From: an uncultured virus (IMG/VR IMGVR_UViG_2568526633_000001)
Lineage: Duplodnaviria; Heunggongvirae; Uroviricota; Caudoviricetes
IMG/VR virus record: IMGVR_UViG_2568526633_000001
Strand: one strand, 5' to 3'
DNA: 64,000 nt
The position numbers and the translations under genes were made by a program. This document shows positions 61,464 through 64,000 of this stretch, piece by piece (the stretch's first letter is position 1; every line of letters begins with the position of its first letter). A model generated the notes under the pieces. That model had not been told where the DNA came from. It ran no database searches and saw nothing but the letters and a program-made list of their open reading frames with translations.

Positions 61464-63506
61464 ATGGAATCAAATCCACGAAAACTATTAGATGAGTTTA
61501 TTCCTGAAGCAATGGGAAAACAATTTGTTATCCCGGTATATCAAAGAAAATATACCTGGACGGTAAAAAAGCAGCTGGTTCAACTGATGAAAGATTTGGT
61601 TGGGCTTATTGAAGATGAGACGAATCAAAAACAGCATTTTTTAGGTACAATCGTTTACCTTGAAAATGTTGTGGATTATAAAACTGAGCGATCTATTGTT
61701 GATGGACAACAGCGGTTAGTGACTATGTTTTTGATTGCTCATGCGATGAAATCAATCTCTGAAAATGAGTACCGTGCAAGGGAAATTGATGAAACATATC
61801 TTCAAAATTATGCTGAGCAAGTTGGAAGTAGATACCGCCAACGGCTGTATCCTTCTGTGGCAGATGGGAACGATTATCTGATTATTGCAGAGGGCAGATA
61901 TGATGAGATAAATAAAGACAGCGCCAGTAATATCGTTCAGAACTTTCTGTACTTGCGAACAGAGTTAAAGGATCTGGTCGAAGAATATACGTTTGATAGA
62001 GTACTTTATGCACTGAAACGATTTTCTATTGTTTATATTAAATTAGATGACCGCGATAATGCACAGCAAATTTTTGAAAGTATCAATTCTACCGGTGAAA
62101 GATTGACTGCCTCGGATTTGATTCGAAACTTCATCATGATGGATAAATCGAATGAAGAGCAGACTACGCTTTATACTAAATATTGGCGTCGGTTGGAAGA
62201 AGTCTTTGATAATTCTAAAGGAATGGAAGACTTTTTCAGATACTACCTTGCTGCAATAATTGGGGAGTATTCAGCAAAGCATATTCTTTATCAAGCATTC
62301 AAAGACTATTGGCATAAAGAGCGCGAGGTATCAAGTGATGCCGAATTGCTCCAAAAATTAGTACGATATGCTGGTTATTTTGCGAGACTTTACTATAACA
62401 AACCTGAAGGAAAATACTCAGAAGTATTGAGTGATTTCCAAAGCATGGAAAGTATGATGCCTGCACCTTTTGTTTTGGGATTATCTGAATGGTACTATCA
62501 TGACCAATTTATCACTGAAGACCAATATATTGATGCGATTAAGGTAGTGAATGATTATCAGCTTCGGAGATATTTTAATGGGGATGATACAAGCAGAGTG
62601 TCAAAAGCATTTCCTTCATATTTGAAAAATGTTAGGAAGTACGCTAAAGCTAATGGATATGAAAATATCGTTGATATTGTAATTTATGTTCTTGTTACTA
62701 GAAATCAATCAAATAATATGGCACTTCCATCTGACAAGGCATTGAAATCTAATCTATTGAATGCCAATGCTTATGCGATGAGATTGGCCCGTTGGTTACT
62801 TGAAAAAATAGAGAATCGTGAAAATTCAGCAACACTTGATATGAGTAACTTGTCCATTGAACACATCATGCCACAGACTAGTACTTCATATTGGGAAGAG
62901 AAGGCTGGTACATCGGGGGAAGAATACACAGGATTAGTAAATACCATTGGTAATTTAACACTCGTTACAAAGCCTGATAATTCGGCCGCGGGAAATAAAG
63001 ACTTTGAGACCAAAAAGAAAATCTTTGAAGATACCCTTCATATTCGTATGAATAAAGATTTGTACGAATTGACTGAGTGGACATCATCGGATATTTCTGC
63101 CAGAAGTGAAGCTCTAATCAATGAACTGATTACTATGTATCCCTATTTGAGATCGTCGGGCGACTATGAACACGATGGTAATAGAGAAATTTTCTTAGAG
63201 GCACAAGGAATAAAGGCAACTGGGTATTTGAACGAAGACGAGACTGTGATTATACATTCAGGTTCAGAAATCTATTCTAAGATTAAAGATATTGCATCTG
63301 ATTCGTTAGATGAAACTCGCCAAGAGCTGTTGGATAATGGAATCATTGAAGAAACAATTGGGGGACTACAATTTGTTCAAGATTACACTGCCTCATCTGT
63401 TTCGAATGCAGCAGCTCTGCTGTTAGGGGGGAGCCGAAATGGTTGGGACTACTGGAAAGATGATAACGGAATAAGTATTAATGATTCGCTAAGAAATAAG
63501 AAATAG
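61464..63506 (+). CDS. GmrSD-like (DUF262 + DUF1524 HNH) modification-dependent nuclease with C-terminal DUF4357-like domain
   Basis: IPVYQR.Y.W, VDGQQR, IFESINSTG, SIEHIMPQ, IGNLTL; C-terminal SSVSNAA...GGSRNGWDYWK. Confidence 0.88.
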   Translation: MESNPRKLLDEFIPEAMGKQFVIPVYQRKYTWTVKKQLVQLMKDLVGLIEDETNQKQHFLGTIVYLENVVDYKTERSIVDGQQRLVTMFLIAHAMKSISENEYRAREIDETYLQNYAEQVGSRYRQRLYPSVADGNDYLIIAEGRYDEINKDSASNIVQNFLYLRTELKDLVEEYTFDRVLYALKRFSIVYIKLDDRDNAQQIFESINSTGERLTASDLIRNFIMMDKSNEEQTTLYTKYWRRLEEVFDNSKGMEDFFRYYLAAIIGEYSAKHILYQAFKDYWHKEREVSSDAELLQKLVRYAGYFARLYYNKPEGKYSEVLSDFQSMESMMPAPFVLGLSEWYYHDQFITEDQYIDAIKVVNDYQLRRYFNGDDTSRVSKAFPSYLKNVRKYAKANGYENIVDIVIYVLVTRNQSNNMALPSDKALKSNLLNANAYAMRLARWLLEKIENRENSATLDMSNLSIEHIMPQTSTSYWEEKAGTSGEEYTGLVNTIGNLTLVTKPDNSAAGNKDFETKKKIFEDTLHIRMNKDLYELTEWTSSDISARSEALINELITMYPYLRSSGDYEHDGNREIFLEAQGIKATGYLNEDETVIIHSGSEIYSKIKDIASDSLDETRQELLDNGIIEETIGGLQFVQDYTASSVSNAAALLLGGSRNGWDYWKDDNGISINDSLRNKK

Positions 63507-63526
63507 AGCATGGAGGTGGTGTTAGG

Positions 63527-63811
63527 TTGGATAAGAACAAACTAAGATATGCAATTATGAAATTGCGTGATGAAAAAAAGAACCCTTTTATTGAGCTTGA
63601 AGGGCAAGTGCCAAAAGAAGATATTTTAGAACAAACAAAAATTCTTTCGCGCAACGACTTACTAGAATCCATGGTTTGGGCGGATAACACAGTTCATATC
63701 TGGGGGAATGTTTCTCTGGAAGGGGAAAAATATTTAGTTGAAAACTCCGGTCTTGCTAAGGCGTATGCATTGGCAAAAGAAGTTAAAGATTGGATTCCAT
63801 TTTGGAGCTAA
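63527..63811 (+). CDS. YjcQ-like small protein
   Basis: KLRYAI...EGEKYLVENS..AKAY. Confidence 0.7.
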   Translation: MDKNKLRYAIMKLRDEKKNPFIELEGQVPKEDILEQTKILSRNDLLESMVWADNTVHIWGNVSLEGEKYLVENSGLAKAYALAKEVKDWIPFWS

Positions 63812-63830
63812 GATAAGTTTTTAAACGGAG

Positions 63831-63866
63831 AAGGCAGCAAATCATAATTGGTTTGTTGCCTTTTTT
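63831..63866 (+). terminator. Terminator at the right end of the prophage
   Basis: AAGGCAGCAAA / TTTGTTGCCTT plus T-run. Confidence 0.75.
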
Positions 63867-63880
63867 GATTGCCCAAAAAG

Positions 63881-63960
63881 AAAAATGACAAAGTATCGAG
63901 AAAAATGACAAAGTATCGAGAAAAATGACATAGTACACGGGAAAAATAACATTGTATCAC
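63881..63960 (+). repeat. Tandem 20-bp repeats running into attR
   Basis: AAAAATGACAAAGTATCGAG twice (perfect), then two degenerate copies. Confidence 0.85.
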
Positions 63961-64000
63961 CGACAACGTCTAAATAGACCCATGTTGTGGAGCAGGGGGG
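63952..64000. other. attR (prophage/hsdM junction), GA core at 63977-63978
   Basis: Phage arm TTGTATCA at 63952-63959 lies 17 nt from the core. Confidence 0.85.
63977..64000 (+). pseudogene. hsdM: Start of the 3' fragment of hsdM (runs off the window)
   Basis: GAC CCA TGT TGT GGA GCA GGG GGG = DPCCGAGG, exactly the motif I missing after RIYD. Confidence 0.88.

Larger units (their letters stand above)
11889..63978 (+). mobile_element. Complete ~52.1 kb serine-integrase prophage (PolA/P4-primase/SNF2 siphovirus, organisation reminiscent of phi-m46.1-like elements), probably tail-defective
   Basis: Both hsdM junctions visible; ordered replication, packaging, head, tail, lysis and recombinase modules; visibly higher GC than the flank. 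Confidence 0.93.

Noticed and set aside
63881..63960. CRISPR array
   Set aside because: Repeats are directly tandem with no unique spacers, and there is no cas operon
1..64000. tRNA, rRNA, IS transposase or antibiotic-resistance genes
   Set aside because: None recognised by eye

Overview
The window has two parts. Positions 1-11888 are an AT-rich mobile region of a low-GC Firmicute, probably Enterococcus-like. It carries a tyrosine recombinase, an LRR surface protein, a resolvase, a lipoprotein, a primase-like Rep gene with a repeat-rich putative origin, and the 5' part of a type I R-M hsdM. Positions 11889-63978 are a complete ~52.1 kb prophage inserted into hsdM inside the SAM-binding motif (IYD|PCCGAGG). 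It has a GA crossover dinucleotide and a symmetric TTGTATCA-N17-GA-N17-TGATACAA attP; hsdM resumes in the last 24 bp. The prophage is a siphovirus with PolA, a P4-type primase, a SNF2 helicase, HK97-type head genes and two large serine recombinases. Its tape-measure gene is broken by a frameshift and a nonsense codon. Defence cargo includes an unusual R-M cassette (controller, MTase-Mrr fusion, paralogous double MTase), an ABC three-component/Lamassu-like operon and a GmrSD-like nuclease. The ABC-3C effector has a degenerate HNH and sits where a repressor is expected. Regulatory signals include a 36-bp motif in three copies (candidate phage sigma-factor promoters), a second shared motif, a long leader hairpin, and a yjdF riboswitch-yjdF moron. 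Family assignments come from motif recognition by eye; no database searches were run.
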